This document shows, piece after piece, positions 40,571-49,567 of a stretch of DNA of 59,722 nt. This stretch comes from a virus (lineage: Duplodnaviria > Heunggongvirae > Uroviricota > Caudoviricetes), in the IMG/VR virus record IMGVR_UViG_3300044557_000151, positions 1-59,722 of that record. One strand, written 5' to 3'. The notes below the pieces were generated by a model. That model was not told the origin of the DNA, searched no databases, and worked only from the letters and a program-made list of their open reading frames with translations. Made by a program: the position numbers and the translations under genes. The first letter of the stretch is position 1; each line of letters starts with the position of its first letter.

Positions 40571-40908
40571 AATATTCTCTCACTCTCTGTTGTGTGTATT
40601 GGTTTAATTTCGTTCACTACTTTTTGCAGCGTCGTTATAACGAAGGCCGATGTCCGGGGTCGAACCGGAAGATTCCGTCCTGCTTGGATACGATTTTTGA
40701 GGTGTACCAATGGAATATTCTAAGGAGGATGAATGCAGGATAATCACCGACAGGGGAAGTCCGAGCATCGCTCGAACTTATTAGGTAGGGTCTCTATGTA
40801 GGGGTAGACATAGAGGTTTATTTTTTGTCATGGGCAATCATTATTTACCCTTACACTTATATAGGTGGGAGAAGTCCATTTTGAAACCCTTTTATGAGAA
40901 TATTCTAA

Positions 40909-41544
40909 TCAGAATGAGAGAACTTTAATCTTTCTCGCTAATTTTTTCAAGCGGTTGAAGGCGGCCTGCCTCGTGATTCCTAATGATTTCGCTGAATCCT
41001 CGATTGTATGCCCTGTAATTAACGAAATGATCAGTTCAAACTCTTTTTCGCTTGAGTTAGCAATCATTGATTCGATCAGCTCGTTCCATAGAGTTAAATC
41101 CACCTCGTCAGACAATCGATCACGAATCTCTCTCCAATGAATCAATAACTCGCGAAAGTTTGAAACGCCCATTCGCCCAAGAATCTTCCGGAAGTTCTCT
41201 GGCGTTGTAATTGCAATTACATCTTCGGGCTCATACATACCAAATAGTTCACTGTCCTCGATTGGATCGACTGACATCGAGTTTTTCCCGATTGCGTAAT
41301 GACTGCGATAGTCACGTTCATCAAGGTAGTAGGTGTATTCCCCTTCTCGATTACTTTCTATATCTTTCGATGTGAGTAAGTATGTTCCGATTCGTTCTAA
41401 TTCTGCTTGTGTGATTTCGGCGTCGTAATCTGCTAGACAGGACCCTGACTGTTCTTCCATTTGAGCGATCATGTCTTCTACATGAGATGACCGGGTTTTT
41501 ACATCGTTGATTTCGTTGTCATATACGTTGTTATCAATTAACAT
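40909..41544 (-). CDS. Sigma-70 region 4-like HTH protein, candidate late transcription regulator
   Basis: C-terminal ELIISLITGHTIEDSAKSLGITRQAAFNRLKK; located at the head of the late region. Confidence 0.6.
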   Translation of the reverse strand: MLIDNNVYDNEINDVKTRSSHVEDMIAQMEEQSGSCLADYDAEITQAELERIGTYLLTSKDIESNREGEYTYYLDERDYRSHYAIGKNSMSVDPIEDSELFGMYEPEDVIAITTPENFRKILGRMGVSNFRELLIHWREIRDRLSDEVDLTLWNELIESMIANSSEKEFELIISLITGHTIEDSAKSLGITRQAAFNRLKKLARKIKVLSF

Positions 41545-41553
41545 TCATTATTC

Positions 41554-42318
41554 CTATGCGTAACTCATTACGCGTCCTTCATTTACAATTCTTGTGCAAT
41601 ACCTGTTTAACTGCGAATCGTCTCCGCCTCGTGCGTAGACGTAATAGCAGTCACCATCGAACTTTCTAACTTTTCGACGGGTGATAACATCCATTTCTAT
41701 CAACTTATCCACATCTTTTGAGATGGTAGGACGACTTATATTAAGCTCTGTTGCCAGCTTTGCTTGTGATACATAACATACCAAGTCGTGGCTTGTCTTC
41801 GAATAATAGGGAATTCGATTCCATAGATTCAAGCACAATGTAACCAAACGCCACCGAACTGACTCAGTCTTAAACTCGCTGTACAGTAGATTCTCAATCA
41901 CGTCTAGATCGATTCCAACGTATCGTTGGGTAAATTCCTGCTCATATAGCCGCCGATTACTTTTATCGGTGAGCCATGTACACTTCATGTTCAGCGTCGA
42001 TCCAATCCTTATAAGGGATTCCTCAACACGACTAAGACCCTTTTTCCCTTTTAGGGACAAGTCGGTTGCAATTTGTTTCGGCTCAATCATATTAGTTTTA
42101 TATTTCCTCTCAGCTATACAAATATGACTATTCATCAAAAGCCAAATTTCAACCATTCGATCCAAATCCGGATCAGCGGATTTGTAGTCCACAATTAATC
42201 TGGCTGGATATCGAATCCACGAGTCATAAATTTGTTCACCCGACTCCTTACGTTTGATTTCATTTTTTAATTTTGGTTCAAAAATTTCCCTCATAACCCA
42301 CCCATTCCTCAAATACAA
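41554..42318 (-). CDS. Winged-HTH DNA-binding protein (Rep-like)
   Basis: C-terminal YVSQAKLATELNISRPTISKDVDKLIEMDVI wHTH. The start may be ATG 42297. Confidence 0.55.
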   Translation of the reverse strand: MYLRNGWVMREIFEPKLKNEIKRKESGEQIYDSWIRYPARLIVDYKSADPDLDRMVEIWLLMNSHICIAERKYKTNMIEPKQIATDLSLKGKKGLSRVEESLIRIGSTLNMKCTWLTDKSNRRLYEQEFTQRYVGIDLDVIENLLYSEFKTESVRWRLVTLCLNLWNRIPYYSKTSHDLVCYVSQAKLATELNISRPTISKDVDKLIEMDVITRRKVRKFDGDCYYVYARGGDDSQLNRYCTRIVNEGRVMSYA

Positions 42319-42328
42319 TTTCTAAGTT

Positions 42329-42374
42329 CAGGGGGGTATATACACCCGCGGCCGCGGGTGTATATACCCCCCTG
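42329..42374. repeat. Perfect 46-bp palindrome without spacer
   Basis: CAGGGGGGTATATACACCCGCGG|CCGCGGGTGTATATACCCCCCTG, checked base by base. Confidence 0.97.
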
Positions 42375-42540
42375 TTCTAATCTTTACGTTTAATCGTGTG
42401 TGTTGTATTAGTGATTTCTACAATTTGACCATTTTTTTGAAAATTCCTGACGGGGGTAGTCAGAAATTCAACGTTTTTTTGAAAATTTTGTATTTTTGAC
42501 CCTTGTACATTTTGGGCTAAAAATAAGGGGTGACAATTCA

Positions 42541-42617
42541 CCAAATAAACACATTAGTGTTTGACTACATTATATTAGTTTGCTACACTACAGTCAAACA
42601 CTAATGTGTTTATTTGG
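42541..42617 (+). promoter_or_regulatory. Sigma-A promoter nested in a 26-bp perfect inverted repeat
   Basis: Arms are 42541-42566 and 42592-42617. TTGACT (42561-66)-17 nt-TACACT lies upstream of the helicase SD GGAGGT. Confidence 0.75.
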
Positions 42618-42627
42618 AGGTATACAT

Positions 42628-44544
42628 TTGGAATATTCAGAACAACAACTTACCATTATCAATTCGAACGAGGATTGTATCCTTGTAAATGCCGCGGCTG
42701 GTTCTGGCAAGACGGCAACTTTTGTAGGCCGAGTCGTCAAACTGATCGAAGAGGACAATGTTTCCCCTACTGATATTTTGGCAATTACATTTAGTCGTGA
42801 CGCAGCAGACAACCTACGAAACCGCCTATCGCTTGCCCTTAGCGAATTGACTGCCGGAGACATTCGTATCACAACTTTCCACGCTTTTGCTCTATGGGCA
42901 ATGAAGCGAGCATTCCCTCAAGTCTACGCTGAACCTATGCGCTTAGTTGCTGACTGGTGGAAGTTCAAACAGGCAACTGATATTGTCGGTGTCCAGGACT
43001 ACTATCATCCTAACGGTATGGGACTCGGTATTCGCGCCGGCGAACTCTTATCCCACATCTCTCGTATGAAGTCGCACGGTGTCCTGACCTCTTCCGATCT
43101 GAGCCAACACCCCGAGCTTTCCTCAATCGCAATGTATGGGCCTGCATTTGATGTCTACAACGATCTAGCAACAAAAGCCCATTATTACGACTTTGACGAT
43201 ATCCTACTTCACTTCAAACACGCTCTTGAAGTTAACGATCAGTTTCAAGAGCGTATGAGTCAGTTATTCCCCTATATCATGGTCGATGAAGTTCAAGATA
43301 CTTCTATGATCAACTTAGACATCTTGCAACTTCTACAACCCAAGCATTTGTTTGCTGTCGGAGATTTCCGCCAAGGCATCTATGGGTTTATCAATGCCGA
43401 CATCAACAACATTTTGCATTTCGACAAGCACTTCCCTGATGCTAAATTCATCGACTTGTCTACAAACTACCGATCAACTCGCAACATCGTTGATTTCTCT
43501 AACCGTATTATCAAGGCTGCAAAGAATCCAGACTACGACAAATTTGCTCCAGCCAAGTCAAATAGCTCTCAGGATGGCTCCAGAGTTAAATTTACGGCCT
43601 ATGACAGCGTTGAAAATCAGTCCGAGGGTATTTGTACCCAGATAGAAGATGACGTCTCTGAGGGGGCAAAATATTGCGAATACGCTATCATTGTTCGAAC
43701 TAACTCTGACGTAGGATTATTTCAATCGCTATTAACACAAGAATCTATTCCTGTCAAGGTAAATTCAAAAGCTTCTTTCTTCGATAAGCGTTTTGTCTCC
43801 TGTCTTCTGGCATACATTCGCCTTGCAATTTCTAAGGATGACGATGATGCCTTTCGACAAGCAATCAACACTCCGAATCGATATATCTCAAATGCCTTCC
43901 AAGGAGATCTCGATGATTATGCCTACTCAAACGAAATGACCCTTTTCGATGCTGCACATGAAATGACTGGCAAGGTCCCAAAAGGTCTTAAATCATATCT
44001 CGACCTGATCGACAAACTACAAGAAGTTGATTCTGCCGCTGGAGTTCTTGATTTCGTTCAGCGTAAGACTCACCTATTCGATGAAATCAACAAGTCTGCA
44101 AAGTCTCCCGAACAAGCTGTCGATCAGATTTCTTCATTTAACGTACTGCGTCGCATCGCATCGAACCATAAGTCACCTGAATCGCTTATCAAACACGTTG
44201 AAGCTTCGACTGCAAATAACAAAGTTGACGAACGTGCCGATGGCGTATATCTAACAACTGCACACGGCTCAAAAGGACTCGAATATAAGCACGTGTTTGC
44301 TCCTAACTTCGATGAGTCCAACTACCCCCACTCTATGTCAGATGATCCAGAGGAAGAACGCCGCCTCTTCTATGTGATTGCATCTCGTGCGATGAAGTCA
44401 CTTGAGATCAGTTACTGTATTCAATCCGATTTGGCAGGAAAAATCACTATGCCTAGTCCGTTTCTGGTTGATATTAACAAGGAAGCTTCTCGATTGGGCA
44501 ATTCCGTCATGCGTGGCATCGCAAGTAAGTCAATGTACCTCTAA
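42628..44544 (+). CDS. UvrD/PcrA/Rep-family (SF1A) DNA helicase
   Basis: TTG start with SD GGAGGT. Motifs: AAAGSGKT, ITFSRDAA, TFHAF, VDEVQD, VGDFRQGIYGF, TNYRS, IIVRTN, TTAHGSKGLEY, EERRLFYVIASRA. Confidence 0.95.
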   Translation: MEYSEQQLTIINSNEDCILVNAAAGSGKTATFVGRVVKLIEEDNVSPTDILAITFSRDAADNLRNRLSLALSELTAGDIRITTFHAFALWAMKRAFPQVYAEPMRLVADWWKFKQATDIVGVQDYYHPNGMGLGIRAGELLSHISRMKSHGVLTSSDLSQHPELSSIAMYGPAFDVYNDLATKAHYYDFDDILLHFKHALEVNDQFQERMSQLFPYIMVDEVQDTSMINLDILQLLQPKHLFAVGDFRQGIYGFINADINNILHFDKHFPDAKFIDLSTNYRSTRNIVDFSNRIIKAAKNPDYDKFAPAKSNSSQDGSRVKFTAYDSVENQSEGICTQIEDDVSEGAKYCEYAIIVRTNSDVGLFQSLLTQESIPVKVNSKASFFDKRFVSCLLAYIRLAISKDDDDAFRQAINTPNRYISNAFQGDLDDYAYSNEMTLFDAAHEMTGKVPKGLKSYLDLIDKLQEVDSAAGVLDFVQRKTHLFDEINKSAKSPEQAVDQISSFNVLRRIASNHKSPESLIKHVEASTANNKVDERADGVYLTTAHGSKGLEYKHVFAPNFDESNYPHSMSDDPEEERRLFYVIASRAMKSLEISYCIQSDLAGKITMPSPFLVDINKEASRLGNSVMRGIASKSMYL

Positions 44545-44677
44545 ATCAACGTTTTGCGCCATTTTCGCCTATTATTGAGTATTTTGCTCAATTTTCGGCG
44601 AAAATGGCGCATTTTTGTCTGATTTTGATCTATTTTTAGCAATTTTCGTACCAAAATTGGAATCGATTAATGTTCCC

Positions 44678-44930
44678 GATGTGTACATCATGTGCATATC
44701 GGACACCTTCTAACCAATTTCAACCCAATCATCTCCCCTATCATCATTTCTGATGTGTACATGGGAGTTATTGCTAACGCATTTATATTTTTCATTTACC
44801 TTAGTCCCGAAATTACTCTCCAAAAAGTGCACTTCAAGTGCACTTTTCTGCCGGTAATTAACCAACTATTTACGTTGTACAAAAATGTAAGCGAAATTTT
44901 CAGTCAATAAAGTGCACTTCGAGTGCACTT
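44678..44930. repeat. Centromere/operator-like GTGCAC/GTGTAC palindromic repeats
   Basis: AAGTGCACTT-C-AAGTGCACTT (44825-44845), AAGTGCACTT-C-GAGTGCACTT (44910-44930), and ATGTGTACAT/ATGTGCATAT variants at 44679-44699 and 44753-44762, upstream of the ATPase gene. Confidence 0.65.
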
Positions 44931-44992
44931 TGCGTTGCGCAAACGACTAAAAAGTGGGATACTAAGACCATAAACGAATGGAGGGTTCAAAT

Positions 44993-46126
44993 ATGGTAGC
45001 AAAAAGCAGGAATCGCCGTGTAATGGGCGTTGATATTGGTAACGGGAAAGCAAAAATCTATACCGCCGTCGCAACAGGCGAAAAGGATGAGCAGGGAAAC
45101 GATATCTATAAAGGATATGCAATTCTAGCGCCATCCGTATATGCTCGTGAAGACGAAATTGGTAGCCAGGTAATTGAAACCGAAGCAACGAAGAAACAAG
45201 CAGAAAATCAGAAGCTGGATCGCTTCGTAATTGATGGTGTCCCATATTTGTGGGGACCTGACGTAGCGCGCCTAAACAGCACCATCGCATCATATGGTAT
45301 GGATAATCGATACACAAATAGCGCTTATCGCACAATGGTAAAACTAGCACTGGCAAAAGCTTTCTATTACTATAGTAAAGAACTTGGCTGGAAACCATCC
45401 GATCCTGTTCTGGTAATTACCGGTGTTCCTACCGAGGACATTGACGACAAATTTGGTAAATCTCAAACAACAAAAGTGCTTGAGGACTTATTCAAAGGAA
45501 CTGGAAGCGCAGAAGTAAATGGGCAAGAGGTATCATGGAATATCGATAAGATTGGTATTTTCCCTCAGCCTGAAGGGACCGCTGCCAAATACTGGATGGA
45601 TAACGGTGGATATGTAATTGAAGATGCTGAAGGGGATCACTCAGCATTAAATCATGCTGTTATCGACGTAGGTTCTGGCACAACTGATATTGACATTAAC
45701 GAAGGTGTCATCCGCGTAGCTCACGTAACTTTACGCCAAGGGTTCCATGATGTATATCAGGCAATTCGAAACGAAATCGCTCGTGTCGCTGGAATCCAGG
45801 ATGCAAGCTTCGCTACGGACGACCGTCTCCTTGAACTTCTGGAAGAGGGTAAATATGTGTACAGCGTCCCATCATACCCGAAACCTATTGTGTTTAAAGA
45901 CGCAATGGATGAAGCTGTTGATAATTTAGCAAGTGCCACAGCTCGGGCATTTGATGAAATTCAAAAGTCAAGCACTAATTTGCAACATATTTTTTTGACA
46001 GGCGGTCCGGCCGAACGTATCTTTGAACAATTCAAACAAACAATGCCACGGATCGAAAAAGAAGACGAGCATGAATTGTCAGATGTAATTGGATTCTATC
46101 GCATTGGAATGCAAGTTCCAGAATAG
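44993..46126 (+). CDS. parM: Actin-like plasmid partition ATPase (ParM/StbA/Alp type)
   Basis: Phosphate 1 motif VDIGNGKAK, connect motif PQPEGT, phosphate 2 motif IDVGSGTTD, adenosine motif LTGGPA. Start reassigned to ATG 44993 (SD GGAGG). Confidence 0.88.
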   Translation: MVAKSRNRRVMGVDIGNGKAKIYTAVATGEKDEQGNDIYKGYAILAPSVYAREDEIGSQVIETEATKKQAENQKLDRFVIDGVPYLWGPDVARLNSTIASYGMDNRYTNSAYRTMVKLALAKAFYYYSKELGWKPSDPVLVITGVPTEDIDDKFGKSQTTKVLEDLFKGTGSAEVNGQEVSWNIDKIGIFPQPEGTAAKYWMDNGGYVIEDAEGDHSALNHAVIDVGSGTTDIDINEGVIRVAHVTLRQGFHDVYQAIRNEIARVAGIQDASFATDDRLLELLEEGKYVYSVPSYPKPIVFKDAMDEAVDNLASATARAFDEIQKSSTNLQHIFLTGGPAERIFEQFKQTMPRIEKEDEHELSDVIGFYRIGMQVPE

Positions 46127-46138
46127 AGGTGATCGTCT

Positions 46139-46426
46139 ATGCCGCAGCATCGCAGCGGAAAAGGGTATCCACGTCAAGCCTTCGCACTTGTTGAGGGCAG
46201 AGACGATGATATCATTGAATTCATCGAAACAAACCCAGATGTACAAGAAATGGGCCAAGCAAAGTTTACGAGAAATTTGTATCGCACTTATATACAAGCA
46301 AAGGCAACTGGCGATATGGGTCTGTTTAAGAATATGGAATCAGTCAAGGCCATGCCAAAGCCAAAGAAGAAACCGAAAAAGAAGCTCGGGATCGGCCTTG
46401 GTGGGCAAGGTATGTTTAAGAGATAG
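46139..46426 (+). CDS. Probable ParR-like ribbon-helix-helix adaptor
   Basis: 95 aa directly after the ATPase, with pattern AFALVEGRDDDIIEFIE...AKFTRNLYRTYI and a Lys-rich tail. Confidence 0.6.
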   Translation: MPQHRSGKGYPRQAFALVEGRDDDIIEFIETNPDVQEMGQAKFTRNLYRTYIQAKATGDMGLFKNMESVKAMPKPKKKPKKKLGIGLGGQGMFKR

Positions 46427-46430
46427 ATCA

Positions 46431-46460
46431 AACAGTCACTCGAAAGGGTGGCTGTTTTTG
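46431..46460 (+). terminator. Intrinsic terminator
   Basis: AACAGTCACT-CGAAA-GGGTGGCTGTT followed by TTT. Confidence 0.7.
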
Positions 46461-46509
46461 TGTACATAAATAGGATATGATAGATATAACTATGATCGGA
46501 GGGGTATTC

Positions 46510-46965
46510 ATGAGCGAATCGAAAGGTGCTAGATACAAAGGAGTAACATTCCGACTCGACAAACAAGCCGATCGTGAAGTAATCGAATGGCTTGAAGATC
46601 TCACGAAAGGTAAAAATGGCAACAAATACGCCCGGGGTGCGATGAGGCTCGCCATGGCGATGGCTAAGACAGGTCTAGTCACCACAGATCAAATATACGA
46701 AGCGGGGGAGCGAACCGATGCTGCACGCGTGTTTGACTACCTTGTCGATAGCAAATATATTGTCATCGGCGAGAAGTCTGATGGTGGTGTCCGGATCAAT
46801 ATGATGGACCCCGACAAAGAACCATGGCCTCCTAAAGCCCCAGATCGTCCTGCAAGCGAATTGTTGGCAGACATTGCTGCCGATAAGAAGGCTGCTGAAG
46901 ATAAACGTATAGCTGAAGAAGCCGCTAAAATTGAGAAGGGCGAGATCCCAGGCATAGACTTCTAG
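46510..46965 (+). CDS. Second RHH-like DNA-binding protein
   Basis: Start ATG 46510 (SD GGAGG). Pattern GVTFRLDKQADREVIEWLE...KYARGAMRLAM, with a Pro/Ala/Lys-rich C-terminal tail. Confidence 0.55.
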   Translation: MSESKGARYKGVTFRLDKQADREVIEWLEDLTKGKNGNKYARGAMRLAMAMAKTGLVTTDQIYEAGERTDAARVFDYLVDSKYIVIGEKSDGGVRINMMDPDKEPWPPKAPDRPASELLADIAADKKAAEDKRIAEEAAKIEKGEIPGIDF

Positions 46966-48065
46966 GCGTATTGCTTGTTGTAGTAGTTAGAGTATTCGAT
47001 ATTACGTGTGTATGCAGACTCAGCCAGGGCGTAATCAAAGAAGTTGCCAAGAGTCTTTCGGATAAAGGCTTCAGGCTTACGAATCTTGCGTCCATATTGT
47101 TGGAATCCACTGAAGCATTCACGCACACAGAAGATGACCTTATCACGGAGTTGATCTTGCATGATAGTGTTCGTTTCGATGCAGGAGTCTTCAGAGGTGA
47201 TAGGGTATTTTGGCTGAATAGAGTTATTCAAATCGACCTTGTAACGAGATACAGCAGTGGATTTAGTCGTATAGATTAGATCAATAACCTGGTGAAGCAT
47301 CTTGTAATTATGACCGATGAGAGACTTCAATTCGTCAGCAAGTCCCATTGGCAAGCCTTTAACTGATGATGATTGCATATAGTTTTCAATCAAGAGACGG
47401 TTAGAGTCAGAATTCTCTTGGATTTTCATACCCTTGAAATCAAAAGCGGTATATGTATTTCCGTTTTTGACCTGTTCGTTAGATGATTCAGAAGTATGAG
47501 AGTTATCTACAATGGATGCAGATGCAGGAGAATCAGCCTGGGGGAGTGCAACTGGTGTATCTGGTGATAAGTTCTTAGAGTCAAGTACACTTGTAGGCAA
47601 ATTTTGCTTACCGTCTTGAGCGCGAAAAAGAACTAAACGTGGATATAAGTCGAATTGGTAAGCAGATTTTGCTTTCGAAGCTTGAGCAGTGAAGTAAGAT
47701 TTGGGCAACAGATACTTAATCTTAGTTGAACGCTTAGCTGTGATTGGATCAGAAGGTAAAGGCATAGCATCACCAAGGAAGATACGACATGCACCTTTGC
47801 CAATTTGCTCATAGGAAATCAAGTGTACTGCACGAAGATCACGCATTACACTGGATGCGGTCCGCAAGGAACAGTGAAGAGATTCAGCCATTTCAGCTTG
47901 AGTGAACCACACGTAAGGGATATCGTTTTCCATGATCCCGTTTACCTTTGATAGTTCGATTCGATTGCTGATGAGGCCGTAGGCAATCATATGATTAGGC
48001 TTGAGAGATTGGAAAGTCTTGGATTTGAGTAGAGACATTGGAACTTTAATGTATGGAGTAGTCAT
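46962..48065 (-). CDS. repA: Plasmid replication initiator, RepA_N-like
   Basis: YIKVPMSLL....FQSL...HMIAYGLISNRIELS..NG.....PYVWFTQAEMAE.LHCS fits the RepA_N pattern. Likely start is ATG 48065 (track start 48107). Confidence 0.7.
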   Translation of the reverse strand: MTTPYIKVPMSLLKSKTFQSLKPNHMIAYGLISNRIELSKVNGIMENDIPYVWFTQAEMAESLHCSLRTASSVMRDLRAVHLISYEQIGKGACRIFLGDAMPLPSDPITAKRSTKIKYLLPKSYFTAQASKAKSAYQFDLYPRLVLFRAQDGKQNLPTSVLDSKNLSPDTPVALPQADSPASASIVDNSHTSESSNEQVKNGNTYTAFDFKGMKIQENSDSNRLLIENYMQSSSVKGLPMGLADELKSLIGHNYKMLHQVIDLIYTTKSTAVSRYKVDLNNSIQPKYPITSEDSCIETNTIMQDQLRDKVIFCVRECFSGFQQYGRKIRKPEAFIRKTLGNFFDYALAESAYTRNIEYSNYYNKQYA

Positions 48066-48205
48066 AGTATGTGTCTTCCTTCCGGGAAGGCAATCAAAAA
48101 GGCTCACAAGAGATCTCCAGAAAATAAACTTCTGAATGTCCTAACTTGCGAGCCTTTAACCTGATTCATCGTTATTTTACAACTGTAAAAAGTTGCTCAT
48201 AAGAC

Positions 48206-48381
48206 TTGCTGAAACAGGGTGATCTGGGTTATAATATTGTATGTAATGAGGTGGGATATATCACTCCTACTCATAAATCACACAACTTCCAGATCGTTAA
48301 AGGATTGCAAGAGGGTCGCTTCCTCTTGATAATCTGATTATGATGCTTCGCCAAAAGCCTCATAATCAACGGTCTTTTCTT
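48206..48381 (+). ncRNA. Putative antisense copy-control RNA opposite the repA leader
   Basis: Promoter TTGCTG-18 nt-TATAAT, then three hairpins (ATGAG..CTCAT, CAAGAGG/CCTCTTG, TGATTATGA/TCATAATCA) and a T-rich end. Confidence 0.5.
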
Positions 48382-48412
48382 ATGCCGTCAAATTGAATTT
48401 GTTTACTCCTTT

Positions 48413-48441
48413 ACTATAAACGGCCTGTGGAAAAAGTGCAA
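48413..48441 (-). promoter_or_regulatory. Putative repA promoter
   Basis: Minus strand reads TTGCAC-17 nt-TATAGT. Confidence 0.6.
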
Positions 48442-48469
48442 TATTAAGTTTTAATCACATGGATCATGG

Positions 48470-48478
48470 TGTGGATAA
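48470..48478 (-). promoter_or_regulatory. DnaA box
   Basis: TGTGGATAA is a perfect TTATCCACA on the minus strand; a 1-mismatch copy TGTGGAAAA is at 48426-48434. Confidence 0.55.
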
Positions 48479-48882
48479 CTTGTTTACGATACATATAACG
48501 GAAAATAAAGATCGGGCCTCATGCAGCAGGAAATGGAAAGGCCGAAATGTTGATTTCACAATGTCTGTACAAAGGATAGTGTGTTGACAATGTCCATGAA
48601 TCATGGAACGCGATCTTTGTCGCCAAATAGTTGGTTATTTTGGACAAAAGATTACCTGGTGCATGAAGCGCGATCTTTGACGCGGTAAGTTTAAAAACAG
48701 CCCAAAAAGTTAGTGAAAAAATATAGCGGATAAAGTTCACTGAAAGTTAATTAAAACGTGAGTGAAACCTGAGTAAAATATTGAGATCAAAATTTGGATT
48801 GAAATGGAAAAATGGGATCATATTCAACCTGTGAAATACTAAACTATTGTTATTTAATAACACTCAAATTGGACACAAATAT

Positions 48883-48919
48883 CGAAGGCTAGGAGAGAAA
48901 TCTCCCAGCCTTATTTTTA
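48883..48919 (+). terminator. Intrinsic terminator
   Basis: AAGGCTAGGAGA-GAAA-TCTCCCAGCCTT followed by ATTTTTT. Confidence 0.65.
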
Positions 48920-49567
48920 TGCAGTGAAGATGAATGTCAAGATGCAGGGTGATTCGAGTGAATATACCCCCGGAGGGACACGGAGTGGAATTAGATAAGA
49001 CATAGCTAATATAGGGTAAAGTGGATGGAAAATGTAAATAGAAGGATGCAGCCTCCGGCTCATGCTACGCATGAAACAGGGAGATGAAGGCAGAAATGGA
49101 TCAGGAAAAATGGGAGAAAATTTGGGATAAGTGTGGGGAGCAACTACCCAACAAAATGTAAAAAATCAAGGGCTTTTTTGAGAAAATTTACCCCGGGGTT
49201 ATACCTAAAAAATTCTAGTTTTTTGGGTATAGAATTAAATGGGGGTGTATATACACAAAAAACTTAGTACTATCTAAAAATAAGTATAAGTAGTATGTGG
49301 TTTTAAAAGTATAGTCTTTTAAATTTAAAAGGTATATTCTAAAAATTTAAAAGTATAGTGTTAGTATCTGCTACCACTATACTTATATTTTAAATAATAT
49401 GTGTTTTATTTTTCAACTTATACTTTTAAATTTTAAACGTGTATTTTTATATTATTTTTAAAACTTGCTTAATTTTTTAATTTTCCACTTGACATTAATA
49501 TTATTCTATGTTATTTACGCGTGCACGCATACGCGTTTTTCGCGCATTAATAGGATATGTTTTTTTG

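Noticed and set aside
41705-41713. Perfect DnaA box TTATCCACA
   Set aside because: It is a single copy inside a coding region with no AT-rich flank, so it is likely chance.
42546-42612. LexA/SOS boxes at the helicase promoter
   Set aside because: AAACAC-N4-GTGTTT does not fit the Gram-positive GAAC-N4-GTTC consensus.
44555-44611. 15-bp inverted repeat after the helicase gene as a novel element
   Set aside because: It is most simply a transcription terminator or stabilising hairpin between the helicase and the partition locus; there is no further evidence.
48519-48740. 73-aa minus-strand ORF upstream of repA
   Set aside because: It has no SD, overlaps origin-like repeats and shows no recognisable features.
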